Source of the DNA: an uncultured Verrucomicrobiota bacterium
GTDB lineage: Bacteria; Verrucomicrobiota; Verrucomicrobiia; Limisphaerales; J093
Assembly (NCBI GenBank): GCA_964472515.1
Contig: CAYYMW010000003.1
Coordinates: 1-56,514, forward strand
Reading direction: 5' to 3'
Length of the DNA stretch: 56,514 nucleotides
Below the pieces are notes generated by a model. The model made no database searches. It was not told where the DNA came from and was given only the letters and a program-made list of their open reading frames with translations. Within the stretch, counting starts at the first letter, position 1, and each line of letters begins with the position of its first letter. Below, in pieces: positions 36,601-45,356 of the stretch. Made by a program: the position numbers and the translations under genes.

Positions 36601-37123
36601 CCTTGAGGACGGCGTCGCGGGAAAAGCGCTCGCAAATCCAGTCCCATTTCTCCGCGTAGTCGCGGAAGGTGCAGTAGAAGATGCGGGCCTTGGCCGCTGG
36701 ATCGTCCTTGTGCGGCTTGTAGCGACCGTCATAGACCGCGAACTCCTCGAAGTCGCTCAGCAGGCTCAGCGGCAGCTTGGCGGTAAAGGCGTAACGGCGG
36801 AGTTGGAAGGCGGGGCCCACGTCTCGATGGACATCCACCGACGGACGTTTGGCCTCCAGAAAGAACTTGCGCGTGCCGCCGATGCGGAAGGAATAGTCGG
36901 GCGCCCGGACCTCGCGGCCAATGCGGAGGACGTCTTCATGGATCACATCCCGGTAGGCCTCGGCGTAACCCTGCTCGTTGTCCATGTCCCAGCCCAGCGC
37001 TTTGAAGAAGGGATCGAGGAAATCGCGGCGGACCTGGGTCTCGTTGTAGGCGCCGGCTTTGTAGGCGTCGAGTTGCTGCCCAAAGCGGGCGACCAAGTCG
37101 AGGATAGCAGCAGGAGCCGGCAT
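33611..37123 (-). CDS. Type IIG restriction-modification enzyme (fused REase + m6A MTase + TRD; Eco57I/TaqI-like)
   Basis: PDY...LEAKRP nuclease motif, YNSGLF, GVYYTP, LDPACGSGSFL (motif I), FGVDID, VIGNPPY (motif IV), TaqI-C-like KIIFPDI. Confidence 0.93.
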   Translation of the reverse strand: MPAPAAILDLVARFGQQLDAYKAGAYNETQVRRDFLDPFFKALGWDMDNEQGYAEAYRDVIHEDVLRIGREVRAPDYSFRIGGTRKFFLEAKRPSVDVHRDVGPAFQLRRYAFTAKLPLSLLSDFEEFAVYDGRYKPHKDDPAAKARIFYCTFRDYAEKWDWICERFSRDAVLKGGFDQFAESTKAKKGTTTFDQAFLETIEGWRLELARNLALRNPNLTQRELNFAVQRIIDRIIFLRICEDRGIEDYGRLRALVNGERVYPRLCEVFEAADARYNSGLFHFKPEKDRHEAPDELTRTLDLDDKLLRDLLRSLYYPDCPYAFEVVSADILGQVYEQFLGKVIRLTEGHRAVVDDKPEVKKAGGVYYTPTYIVDYIVRQTVGKLVEDCLGGNRGNETPVRSGAGKAPPPAACDSRTAMAILGRVAKLRILDPACGSGSFLIGAYQYLLDWHLDFYTRLLGHAAGRSRGNETQTALPGHAEGGSRGSETLLQPPGKEARLPTSPPANATRGHWLLRGKNPPIVQTSGGGWKLTIATRKQILLNHIFGVDIDAQAVEVTKLSLLLKVLEGETEQSLQTVFRFSQERALPDLGDNIKCGNSLIGPDFYAQQQMALLDDEERFRLNVFDWPTEFPQVFRRRRGDESQASSEELDRDSLRRLLPGEGDDGALRETAAASPLDFGMPGVPVHGSYSYKQSKGAKAPPPAPPAEPAWEGGFDAVIGNPPYVRQESLSHLKDYFERHYQAYDGTADLYAYFMEQGVKLLREGGLFSIIVSSSFLRASYGEPLRRTLKQHAAVRRIVDFGGLAVFANAKDTYVCIPLLGKGAKPTRVEVSKVTSLKSLKLAEHVVAHHYTIPHERLSAEAWSLKSDAEAAVFAKVMKAGKPLGEYVERRMFYGIKTGMNEAFIIDAETRKRLIAKDRRSAELIHPLLGGEDIRRFIFHETGLWIIFTRRGVEIDRYPAIRDHLAQWKEDLTPKRDKSAKRGRKPGRYEWYEIQDDVAYYEAFSQPKIIFPDICKGPRFSLDSGAHYLANTAYCLGTDDPYLLGVLNSRVFWFAIANLSIPFGIRAGEFRYRLIYQYMERVPIRVIDSSNPSDKSRRDRMVKLVEQMLALHQQAAAARTPQEQTALARQIAATDTQIDRLVYDLYGLTEAEIKIVEGDPAPPPTSPQETT
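35149..35220. repeat. 72-bp inverted-repeat element inserted in frame in the RM gene
   Basis: Arms gtaggagacgacgtaaggagtctc (35149-35172) and gagactcgtcacctcgtctcctac (35197-35220), 21/24 complementary, 24-bp spacer. Confidence 0.9.
35610..35733. repeat. Cluster of three more 24-bp arms (one inverted pair plus a copy at 51-bp period) in the RM gene
   Basis: 35610-35633 gcaggcggcgacgtagggagtctc; 35659-35682 gagtctcgctacctcgactcccac; 35710-35733 gagtctcgttacctcgactcctac. Confidence 0.85.
35932..35955. repeat. Degenerate solo 24-bp arm in the RM gene
   Basis: gagtctcgttgccccgattcccac, translated as GNRGNET. Confidence 0.7.
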
Positions 37124-37129
37124 GGATAG

Positions 37130-37158
37130 GTTTTAGCCAGCGTCGCCCGGTTTGTCAG
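37130..37158 (-). promoter_or_regulatory. Candidate leaderless promoter of the RM gene
   Basis: Minus strand CTGACA-N17-TAAAAC-N6-ATG(37123). Confidence 0.4.
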
Positions 37159-37326
37159 CTTCCTTCTTCCGGTTGGATTGGAGCGGTGCATGCCGAGGTT
37201 GTCGGTGGATTCAAGTGGCGGCGGCGCCGCAGCGCCCGCCTCCAGGCGGTGGCTGTGGCCGCACCGGCAGGGCAGGGGACTAGCGCGGAGTTGAACTCGA
37301 CCCGGCCGGGCGGCGCGAATGTCCTT

Positions 37327-37355
37327 TTGCCACCCGGGCGGCCGGATGGTACGCT
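37327..37355 (+). promoter_or_regulatory. sigma70 promoter of tyrS, leaderless geometry
   Basis: TTGCCA-N17 (ending TGG)-TACGCT-N8-ATG(37364). Confidence 0.6.
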
Positions 37356-37363
37356 CGCGCCGC

Positions 37364-38644
37364 ATGAACATTTTGGAAGAGCTGAAGTGGCGCGGGTTGT
37401 TTGCGGATTGCACGGATGAACCGGAGTTGGCCAAGCGCTTGGCTGCCGGTCCCATCACCCTGTACTGCGGCTTCGACCCCACGGCCGACAGCCTCCACGT
37501 CGGTAATCTGGTGCCCCTGCTCGCGCTCCGTCGCTTTCAACTGGCTGGCCACCGGCCCATTGCGCTGGCCGGCGGCGCCACCGGCACCATCGGTGATCCC
37601 AGCGGCAAGACCCAGGAGCGCCAACTCCAGACCAAGGAGACCATTGCCAACAACATTGCCTGCGTGAAGGAGCAGCTCCGCCGGTTGCTCGATTTCGACG
37701 CTCCCGCCAATCCTGCCCGCCTGTTGGACAACGCCGAATGGACCGCTCCGGTCACCTACCTGGACTTCCTGCGGGACGTCGGCAAGCACTTCTCCGTGAA
37801 CATGATGGTCAGCAAGGAGAGCGTGCGCGCCCGCATGGAGGATCGTGAGCACGGCATCAGTTACACCGAGTTCAGCTACATGCTGCTGCAAGCGTTCGAC
37901 TTTCATCATCTGCGCCAGACCGTGGAATGCGAGTTGCAGATCGGTGGCAGCGACCAGTGGGGGAACATCACGGCCGGCATCGACTTGTGCCGCAAGAAAA
38001 GCAACCACTACGTCTTCGGCCTCACTCTACCGCTGATTACCAACGCCGACGGCACCAAGTTCGGCAAATCCGTGGCGGGCGCGGTCTACCTCGATCCTCG
38101 CAAGACCAGCGTTTACCGCTTCTACCAGTTCTGGATTCGCACGGACGACCGTGACGTGGTCCGCTACCTCAAGTACTTCACGTTCCTGGCTCCCGATATG
38201 ATCGAAGCGCTGGCGCAGCAGCATGCCGCCAAGCCTGAGGCCCGCGACGCGCACAAGGCGCTGGCGCGGTCGATGACCGACCTCATTCACGGTTCCGCTG
38301 CCACGCAGGAGGCCATCCGCGCGAGCGAGATTCTCTTTGGCGGGGGGCTTGAGGGCATCTCGGAAGCCACTTTTAACGATATTGTGGGTGAAGTCCCCAC
38401 GAAGCCCATCCTCCGGGCGCAGGTGGAAGGGGCGGGTCTGTCGTTGGTGGAGGCGCTGGTCTTGGCCGGCCTTTGCCCGAGTAAAGGGCAGGCGCGCAAA
38501 GATATAGAGGGTGGTGGTATTAACGTCAACAACCAGCGGGAGACCAATTTTCAGCGTCAGATCTCCGCTACCGACCTGCTCTTCGGCAAGCATGTGTTGC
38601 TGCGGAAGGGCAAGCGCAACTATGTGGTGCTGAGCTTGGAGTAG
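37364..38644 (+). CDS. tyrS: Tyrosine--tRNA ligase
   Basis: YCGFDPTADSLHVGN (HIGH), QIGGSDQWGNI, KFGKS (KMSKS), C-terminal S4 domain RKGKRNY. Confidence 0.97.
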   Translation: MNILEELKWRGLFADCTDEPELAKRLAAGPITLYCGFDPTADSLHVGNLVPLLALRRFQLAGHRPIALAGGATGTIGDPSGKTQERQLQTKETIANNIACVKEQLRRLLDFDAPANPARLLDNAEWTAPVTYLDFLRDVGKHFSVNMMVSKESVRARMEDREHGISYTEFSYMLLQAFDFHHLRQTVECELQIGGSDQWGNITAGIDLCRKKSNHYVFGLTLPLITNADGTKFGKSVAGAVYLDPRKTSVYRFYQFWIRTDDRDVVRYLKYFTFLAPDMIEALAQQHAAKPEARDAHKALARSMTDLIHGSAATQEAIRASEILFGGGLEGISEATFNDIVGEVPTKPILRAQVEGAGLSLVEALVLAGLCPSKGQARKDIEGGGINVNNQRETNFQRQISATDLLFGKHVLLRKGKRNYVVLSLE

Positions 38645-38664
38645 AACCGGGGACGCCGCACAAT

Positions 38665-38688
38665 CCGCCTGCTTCGAACGTCAGGCGG
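38665..38688. terminator. Hairpin between convergent tyrS and HDOD genes
   Basis: ccgcctg-N10-caggcgg; no long U tract. Confidence 0.35.
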
Positions 38689-38760
38689 TTGCTTCGAGCC
38701 GGTTGAGGAAGGGGGGCAGCGGAGGGGAGGTCTCAGCCGCTGGAAGGGACGGAGGGCGGC

Positions 38761-39672
38761 TTAGACCAAGCCTTCGAGGATGCTGGGGAGGCGATCCAAG
38801 TACAGCTTGAGTTTGCCTTGGGCTACCTCCCTTTCCTCTTCGCGGGGGGAGGGGAAGAGGATCGCCCAAGCGTCGGATTCCAGCCACATCTGTTCGGAGA
38901 CGGGCTCCGGGTTCCCGCTGGCACCCAAGCCGGCGTGCCGGATGAGGAGGTCGGACACATGCACGGCCGCGACAATTTGAGGATGCCGTTGCGCGTGGTG
39001 GGGCGCGTGATGATACAGGGCCGCCTCGATCATGACCTCGGGCAGGTTGTGGCCGCGTAAGTACATCGCGCCCAAGGTGGCGTGGTTCATGCCCAACACC
39101 TCGGTTTCGATGTCAAGCAGCGGCCCTTCGCCGGCGTCAACCCGGCGGCGCACCTCCATGAAGTGGGCGGGAAAGGCGGCGGCCATGGTGATCTTGCCGA
39201 CATCATGCACCAACCCGGCGACGTAATCGGCCTCGTCCGCCAGCGCGCGGGTTCCGGCGATCACCTCGCCGGTCAGCAGGGCAATGCCGATGCAGTGCTG
39301 CCAGAACTCCCGCCAAGGGAAGGGGGTGGCTCCGGCCAGTTTCTGGAAGTCCTCGATCACCGGCGTGACCATGGCCAACTGGCGTATCTGCCTGACTCCC
39401 AAATAGAAAACCGCTTCTTCGATGCTCTTGACCGGAGTGGTGATGCCGTAGTAGACGGAGTTTACCAACCGCAGCAAGCGGGAGGTCAGGCTGGGATCGC
39501 GGCGAATGACGTCGGAGATTTGGGAAGTGTAGCTTTGATCCGCGTCGAGCAGTTCCCGCAGCGCGCTGTTGATGCTGCTGAGGGAAGGCAGCCGGGGGCA
39601 ATTCTTCAACTGGGCGTCGATTGCGTCGACGTCAAGTTTCGCCACCGGTTGAGACACGGCACCCAGGTCCAT
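38761..39672 (-). CDS. HDOD domain protein
   Basis: LPSLS, DPSLTSRLLRLVNS, FWQHC, GLVHDVGK, NHATLG, HHAP. Confidence 0.92.
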   Translation of the reverse strand: MDLGAVSQPVAKLDVDAIDAQLKNCPRLPSLSSINSALRELLDADQSYTSQISDVIRRDPSLTSRLLRLVNSVYYGITTPVKSIEEAVFYLGVRQIRQLAMVTPVIEDFQKLAGATPFPWREFWQHCIGIALLTGEVIAGTRALADEADYVAGLVHDVGKITMAAAFPAHFMEVRRRVDAGEGPLLDIETEVLGMNHATLGAMYLRGHNLPEVMIEAALYHHAPHHAQRHPQIVAAVHVSDLLIRHAGLGASGNPEPVSEQMWLESDAWAILFPSPREEEREVAQGKLKLYLDRLPSILEGLV

Positions 39673-39795
39673 AGTTAACGACACACACTATCGTCACAGT
39701 GCGGCAGAAGTTTACCTTTCGACCGGGCTTTTACAAAAGAAAACTCAAGCCGCGCGATAAAGTACTGGGCAAAAGCTGCCGATGAGCATAATGCA

Positions 39796-40281
39796 ATGAC
39801 ATCTGACTTTCTGGACTTAATCCGTTCGGCGGTGGAAGAGGTGTTCGACACCATGCTGAGCACCAAGGTGGAACGTGAGCCTTCCGGGGATGCTGGCGCA
39901 GTGACTGGGGCGCAAGTGGTTGGCTCAGTTTGTTTTATTGGTCAGCTTTCCGGGGTGGTCTGCATTTGGACCTGTCCGGAGCATGCCGACCGCATCACGT
40001 GCCAACTCCTCGGTTTGGGAGACACTGACGAGCGCACGGACGAGATGATCAACGACGCTTTTGGGGAGGTCACCAACATGGTGGGTGGCCACTTCAAGTC
40101 GCGTCTGACCGACCGCGGCTATCCCTGCCGCCTTTCCATTCCTTCGATCGTGCGCGGGAGCCAGTTGGTTATCGAATCGGTGACCGACACCCAGCGCATG
40201 GTGGCGCACTTCCGGTGCGGCAAGTACCCACTCATGGTGGAGTTGATCATCAAGACCACGAATTCTAACGGAGCGAACTGA
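39796..40281 (+). CDS. cheX: CheX-family phosphatase-like protein
   Basis: DAFGEVTNMVGG (ExxN) and LSIPSIVRG. Confidence 0.85.
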   Translation: MTSDFLDLIRSAVEEVFDTMLSTKVEREPSGDAGAVTGAQVVGSVCFIGQLSGVVCIWTCPEHADRITCQLLGLGDTDERTDEMINDAFGEVTNMVGGHFKSRLTDRGYPCRLSIPSIVRGSQLVIESVTDTQRMVAHFRCGKYPLMVELIIKTTNSNGAN

Positions 40282-40282
40282 C

Positions 40283-41416
40283 ATGGGCCCCAAGATTCTG
40301 ACCGTCGACGACAGCAAGACCATCCGCATGATCATTGCGAAGGCGTTCAAGCCCTTCGACTGCGAAGTGCTGGAAGCCAGCAACGGGGTGGAGGGTCTGG
40401 CCATGGCCGGCAAGGAGCGTCCCGACCTGATCATTCTCGACCTGACCATGCCGATCATGGACGGCTTCGAGACGCTGACCAAGCTGAAGTCGGACCCGGA
40501 GTTGAAAGCGATCCCGGTGGTGATGCTCACCGCCGAAGCCGGCCGGGAGAACGTGCTGCGGATTGCCCGGCAGGGCGTGCGCGACTACCTGGTCAAGCCG
40601 TTCAAGGAGGACTTGGTGGTCGAACGGGTGGGACGGATCATCGACCTCAAGCCCAAGGGCGATACGACGGCCAAGACCAAGCGCTTTGACGATCCGCTGA
40701 ACGTCCTGGTGGTGGACGACAAGACGGCGATCCACGACCAGGTTCGGGATGGTCTGGCGGTGGACACGCCGTGGAAGGTCTCGGGCCGGTCGGCGACCGG
40801 GGAGACGGTGGATTTCTGCACCAAGACGGCGCCCGACGTCATCCTGATCAGTCTTTCGCTCCCGGACAACGGCGGGTACACGCTCTTCCAGTTGTTGCGG
40901 GCCAGCGCCAAGACCAAGACGGTGCCCATTTTTGCCCTCTGCGTGAAGACGGCCACCGACGAGCAGGCGCGGGCACAGCAGGCCGGGTTCACCGGCGTGG
41001 TGACCAAGCCGATCGACTTCGAGGATCTTAAGGCCAAGATCATCCGGACCCTGAGTCTGGATACGTCGCACAAGTACTTCTCGCAACAGCAGGGGCTGCT
41101 GGTGCTGAAGGTGCCGGGCATGTTTACGCAGACGGTGTCGAACGACGTGCAGTTTCATCTGCGCCGCAAGGTGGCCGAGGCGGTCGACGGCGGGTTGAAC
41201 CGCATGGTGATGGACTTGGGCGCCATCGAGCGGGCGGATATCGCGGTGATCAAACTGGGCTACACGGTGATCCAGTTGTGCCGCGAGCTTTCGATGAAAA
41301 TCCGGGTGGTGGCCTCGGCGGCGGTGTTGCAGGAGTGCCGCAACTACGAGGAAACCAAAGAATGGCCTTTTTCGGGTTCCGTTGAGGAAGCCCTCAAGGC
41401 GTTCGAGCATCAATAG
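40283..41416 (+). CDS. Response regulator: canonical REC + degenerate REC + STAS-like domain
   Basis: REC1 has VDD, LDLTMP, LTA, KPF; REC2 has VDD and KP but ISLSLP where the phospho-Asp should be; C-terminal MVMDLGAIERAD. Confidence 0.85.
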   Translation: MGPKILTVDDSKTIRMIIAKAFKPFDCEVLEASNGVEGLAMAGKERPDLIILDLTMPIMDGFETLTKLKSDPELKAIPVVMLTAEAGRENVLRIARQGVRDYLVKPFKEDLVVERVGRIIDLKPKGDTTAKTKRFDDPLNVLVVDDKTAIHDQVRDGLAVDTPWKVSGRSATGETVDFCTKTAPDVILISLSLPDNGGYTLFQLLRASAKTKTVPIFALCVKTATDEQARAQQAGFTGVVTKPIDFEDLKAKIIRTLSLDTSHKYFSQQQGLLVLKVPGMFTQTVSNDVQFHLRRKVAEAVDGGLNRMVMDLGAIERADIAVIKLGYTVIQLCRELSMKIRVVASAAVLQECRNYEETKEWPFSGSVEEALKAFEHQ

Positions 41417-41492
41417 AAACCCAAGCCGCTCGCCCGCCCGGGGCCGCTGGTCCCGGCGGCGCGGGGTGGGGGCGGATGCGATAGGTGAGCAC

Positions 41493-42005
41493 ATGCGCAC
41501 AATGCGGAATCGGTGGTGGGGGATGGTGGCGGGCGCCGGGCTGATGGCAGGCTCGGCGGCGCCGGCCAACCAAGCCTACCTGCCCCGAACCGGGCCGGCG
41601 AACCTGCGGTTTGCGCTGGCGCGGCCTGCGGCGCCGCGGCCGGTGCTGCCGCCGCTGTCGACGGAATCCGTGACGGGCGCTTTGCCGACCCACGAGGTGC
41701 CGGTGAGCGCTCCGCCACCTAGTCTGGTTTCGGCGGAGGTGCTGGTCTCCACCGATCTCTGGCTGCAGTTTTGGGACGAGTTCCATGCCACGGACAAGGA
41801 GACTTCGGTCGGGCCGATCGTGCCCGTGCCGGCCGATCCCGAGCTGGGCGCCGGCACGCTGACTCCGCAGATGCTGGTGCCTTTCTTCCGCCGGCTTCCC
41901 GGCCAGAGCAACGTGATCGAGTTGCCTTTGGCGGTGCCCGCCCCGGCGTTTCTGCCCCCCGCCGCCGCTGCCACCGAGAGCACGGCGACCTATCTGAGTC
42001 GTTAA
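41493..42005 (+). CDS. Hypothetical exported Pro-rich protein
   Basis: Signal-like N-terminus (RNRWWGMVAGAGLMAGSAAPA); co-oriented within the operon. Confidence 0.6.
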   Translation: MRTMRNRWWGMVAGAGLMAGSAAPANQAYLPRTGPANLRFALARPAAPRPVLPPLSTESVTGALPTHEVPVSAPPPSLVSAEVLVSTDLWLQFWDEFHATDKETSVGPIVPVPADPELGAGTLTPQMLVPFFRRLPGQSNVIELPLAVPAPAFLPPAAAATESTATYLSR

Positions 42006-42027
42006 CGTTTTTCTCCCGCGCTATCCT

Positions 42028-43431
42028 ATGGAATCGACCGTCAAGCTGGCGCCACCTTGGGTGGCTGCATCGCCGCGCCGGGGCTGGCTGGACGCCGCCC
42101 GGATTCTGGCCCTGACCGGGCTGGTGGCCGGTGCGCTCGCGAACGAACCGGTTCCTCCGCCGGAGCCGGTCGGCCCCGCCGCCGCGCCGTCCCAACCGCC
42201 GGTTGCCGCGCCGCCCGAGCCGGCCGTCGCGGAAGAGGGCGCCACTAACATGGTGGAGGGGGTGCTGCGGAAATCCGCCAATTTGGTGCAGAGCTCCAAC
42301 CTGCTCAGTTCAGTCTATCGAGACCGGGAGCACGAGCGTTTCGCCGGCTTTCAGAACCAGTTGGAGGCCGCCCGGGAACTGCGGCGGCAGAAGATGCACG
42401 CCCAGGCCGAAGCCAAGTTGGTCGCCTTGGTGCAGGGGCTGGACACGCCTGACGGGGTGCGGCGCGCGTCCATGATCGAGCTGGCCTTGACGGCCCAGGA
42501 CAACCATGAGCTGCCTCGGGCGCAACAGATTTACACCCAGTTCATCAACACCTACCCGGAGGACCCGGGGATTCCGGAGCTGCTCTTGCGCCAAGGGCTG
42601 CTCTACCGCGAGATGGGGGGCTATGCCAACGCGATCAACAAGTTCTTTGCGGTGCTCAACAGCTCGCTCAAGGTGCGCGGGGAGAGTTTGGAGTACTACC
42701 AGAAACTGGTGTTGCAGGCCCAGGCGGAGATCGCGGATACTTATTACCTGCAGGGCAAGTACCAGGACGCCAGCTACAACTACACACGCCTGCTGAAGAC
42801 CGAGAGTCTGGTGCTCAACCGGGCGGGGGTGCGTTACAAGCTGGCCCAGTGTTACACCCAGATGGACCGTCACACCGAGGCGATCTCGGTGGCCCAGGAC
42901 TATTTACGGCTGCACGCCGGCCAGCCGGACGAGCCGGAGATCCGCTACCTGCTGGCGACCTCCTTCAAGAAGGTGGGGCGGAAGCGGGAAGCCGTGGAGC
43001 AGGTCATGGCGATCTTGGAGGACCAGCAACGGCGCAAGTCCCTCCAGCCCGACCGCTGGGTTTACTGGCAGCAGCGCACGGGCAACGATATCGCCAACCA
43101 GCTTTACCACGAGGGCGACTTCCAGAACGCTCTGCTCATCTATACGCAATTGGCCGAGAGCGGCGCCGAGCCCGCCTGGCAGCTCCCGGCCCTGTACCAG
43201 GTCGGCCTCGTCTACGAGCGGCTCAACCAGCCGAACCGCGCGGCGGAGGTTTACGACCGCATCGCGGCGCGCTCGGCCGAGGTGGCCACCAACTCGCCGA
43301 CACCGGGTTTGTCCCTGGTCATGGATATGGCCCGCTGGCGGAAGTCTTTCCTCAGTTGGCAGACCACAACCGAGCTGGCCGCGCGCGAGTTTCAAAGCTC
43401 GGTCACCAACTCCGTGGCGGTCACCAAATGA
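42028..43431 (+). CDS. Tetratricopeptide repeat protein (exported)
   Basis: Repeated helices such as LLLRQGLLYREMG, AEIADTYYLQGKYQDA, ALYQVGLVYERL. Confidence 0.85.
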   Translation: MESTVKLAPPWVAASPRRGWLDAARILALTGLVAGALANEPVPPPEPVGPAAAPSQPPVAAPPEPAVAEEGATNMVEGVLRKSANLVQSSNLLSSVYRDREHERFAGFQNQLEAARELRRQKMHAQAEAKLVALVQGLDTPDGVRRASMIELALTAQDNHELPRAQQIYTQFINTYPEDPGIPELLLRQGLLYREMGGYANAINKFFAVLNSSLKVRGESLEYYQKLVLQAQAEIADTYYLQGKYQDASYNYTRLLKTESLVLNRAGVRYKLAQCYTQMDRHTEAISVAQDYLRLHAGQPDEPEIRYLLATSFKKVGRKREAVEQVMAILEDQQRRKSLQPDRWVYWQQRTGNDIANQLYHEGDFQNALLIYTQLAESGAEPAWQLPALYQVGLVYERLNQPNRAAEVYDRIAARSAEVATNSPTPGLSLVMDMARWRKSFLSWQTTTELAAREFQSSVTNSVAVTK

Positions 43432-43865
43432 ACCCGCCGGGCAACCCTGCGGAGGCTTACACGGCGGTTGCCGCCAGCCTGCGGCGCCACTTGGAACTCT
43501 GCGGCGAACTCCTGGCGGTGGTCGAGCGCGAGCACCAGGACTTTCGGCCGGGCGGCACTCCCAAGTTCGAGGGAGCCGCCGCCAAAAAGAACTTGCTTCC
43601 CCGGCTCAACCAATCGCTAGATCAACTCCGCCAACATCGGGCCTGGTGGCAACGCCTCAGCCCGGCTGAGCGCGCGCAGCAGAAGGAAATTGCCTCCCTG
43701 CTGCGGCAGAACCAGGAACTAATCATGCGGATCCTTGTGCTGGACCGCGAAAACGAGCAGTTGCTTCTGCGCCAGGGCATGGTGCCGCCCCAGCACCTGC
43801 CCTCGGTCAACCGGCAGCGGCCCCATTATGTGGCGGGCCTCTACCGGCGCGGAACTTCCGCCTGA
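43428..43865 (+). CDS. FlgN-like flagellar export chaperone
   Basis: ATGA overlap with the TPR gene; all-helical; LLAVVERE...KKNLLPRL...RILVLDRENEQLLL resembles FlgN. Confidence 0.5.
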   Translation: MNPPGNPAEAYTAVAASLRRHLELCGELLAVVEREHQDFRPGGTPKFEGAAAKKNLLPRLNQSLDQLRQHRAWWQRLSPAERAQQKEIASLLRQNQELIMRILVLDRENEQLLLRQGMVPPQHLPSVNRQRPHYVAGLYRRGTSA

Positions 43866-43867
43866 GC

Positions 43868-45325
43868 ATGCCGATCGAGAAAATCATTGTGGTGGAAGAC
43901 GAACTCGCGGTTCGCAAGAACCTCGAGCTTCAGCTTCGCCAGCGGCGTTACGATGTGGCGTCCGTGGGCACCCTGGCTGCTGCTCAGGAACTCCTGGGCA
44001 AGGACACCTGGGACCTGATCTTCCTGGATGTCCGCCTCCCCGACGGCGAGGGCACGGACCTCCTCCGCCAGCTCCAGACCCGTCCCCAACGCCCGCTGGT
44101 GGTGATCACCACCGGTTTTGGCTCCGTGCAATCCGCGGTCGAGTGCATGCGCAGCGGGGCGTTCGACTACCTCGTCAAGCCCTACTCGAACGAGCAGGTG
44201 GAGGTGACGCTGGGCAAGGCCGACGAGTACAGCCAATTGGTGCGGGTCAACCGTTTCCTGAGCCACGAGAACGACGAGGACTCGCCCAACGATTTGCTCG
44301 GCAAGAGCGCCGCCATGGAGCAGTTGCGGCAGCTCATCCGCAAGGTCGCCCGCACCCAAGCCACCGTCTTGATCCAGGGCGAAAGCGGCACCGGCAAGGA
44401 ACTGGTGGCCCGTGCCATCTACCGCCAGAGCCCCCGCGCCAGCTCCCCCTTTATCAAGGTCAACTGCGCGGCAATCCCGGAGAACCTCATCGAGAGTGAG
44501 TTCTTCGGTCATGAAAAGGGCGCCTTTACCGGCGCGCTGAACAAGCGCGAGGGCCGTTTCGAGCTCGCCCACAACGGCACCATCCTCCTCGACGAGATCA
44601 GCGAGATTTCCTCCTCGGTGCAGGCCAAGCTGTTGCGCGTGCTTCAGGAGCGCGAACTCGAACGCGTGGGCGGCAACCGCACCATCAAGGTGGATGTCCG
44701 CGTCATCGCCACCACCAACCGCCACCTTGAGCAAAGCGTCGAGCGCAAGGAGTTCCGTCAGGACCTCTACTTCCGGCTCAACGTCGTTCCCATTCACGTG
44801 CCCCCGCTTCGTGAGCGGCGGGAGGACATTCCCTGTCTGGCCGAGCAGTTCATGCAGCGTTACGCCCGCAAGCACGGCGTGCGCGTCCAGGGCATCTCGG
44901 CCCGGTGCCTCGACGCCCTGCGCATGCACGACTGGCCCGGCAACGTTCGCGAACTCCAGAACGTGATCGAGCGGGCCGTCATCCTGTGCTGCGACGGCGA
45001 AGCCCTGGAGCCCGATGGCTTGGGTTTCAGCAAGCTTTCTACCGCCCCCGCTGCCACCTCGGCGGCCGCCACCTCCGCATCGCCTGCCGCCAGCGCCGCC
45101 TCGAGCGAAGGCGTCAGCCTGGCGGATTGGGAGAAGCGCCACATCCTGGCCACGCTCGAAAAGACCAATTGGAACCGCACCCACGCGGCCCGCTTGCTCG
45201 ACATCAGCATCCGCACCCTGCGGAACAAGCTCAACGAGTACCGGGCGGCGGGCATCAACATCGGCGATGCCGGCGGCGCCGACGAAGCCGAAGAGGACAG
45301 TTCCGCGGTCAAGGGCGCGGCTTGA
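43868..45325 (+). CDS. sigma54-dependent response regulator (REC-AAA+-HTH; NtrC/FleR/FlbD type)
   Basis: FLDVRLPDG, GESGTGKE, GAFTGA, LLDEISE, WPGNVREL, HTH NRTHAARLLDISIRTLRNKL. Confidence 0.95.
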   Translation: MPIEKIIVVEDELAVRKNLELQLRQRRYDVASVGTLAAAQELLGKDTWDLIFLDVRLPDGEGTDLLRQLQTRPQRPLVVITTGFGSVQSAVECMRSGAFDYLVKPYSNEQVEVTLGKADEYSQLVRVNRFLSHENDEDSPNDLLGKSAAMEQLRQLIRKVARTQATVLIQGESGTGKELVARAIYRQSPRASSPFIKVNCAAIPENLIESEFFGHEKGAFTGALNKREGRFELAHNGTILLDEISEISSSVQAKLLRVLQERELERVGGNRTIKVDVRVIATTNRHLEQSVERKEFRQDLYFRLNVVPIHVPPLRERREDIPCLAEQFMQRYARKHGVRVQGISARCLDALRMHDWPGNVRELQNVIERAVILCCDGEALEPDGLGFSKLSTAPAATSAAATSASPAASAASSEGVSLADWEKRHILATLEKTNWNRTHAARLLDISIRTLRNKLNEYRAAGINIGDAGGADEAEEDSSAVKGAA

Positions 45326-45350
45326 CCCGGGCGGCGTGCTGCGTCAGGCT
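45322..45350 (+). promoter_or_regulatory. Candidate leaderless promoter of the DUF355 gene
   Basis: TTGACC-N17-CAGGCT-N6-ATG(45357); the -35 overlaps the upstream stop codon. Confidence 0.45.
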
Positions 45351-45356
45351 GCCGCC

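Noticed and set aside
33041-37219. ct(c/t)gaatccacc in inverted orientation on both sides of the RM gene as element ends
   Set aside because: Only about 12 bp; the same word also occurs at 27150; consistent with chance.
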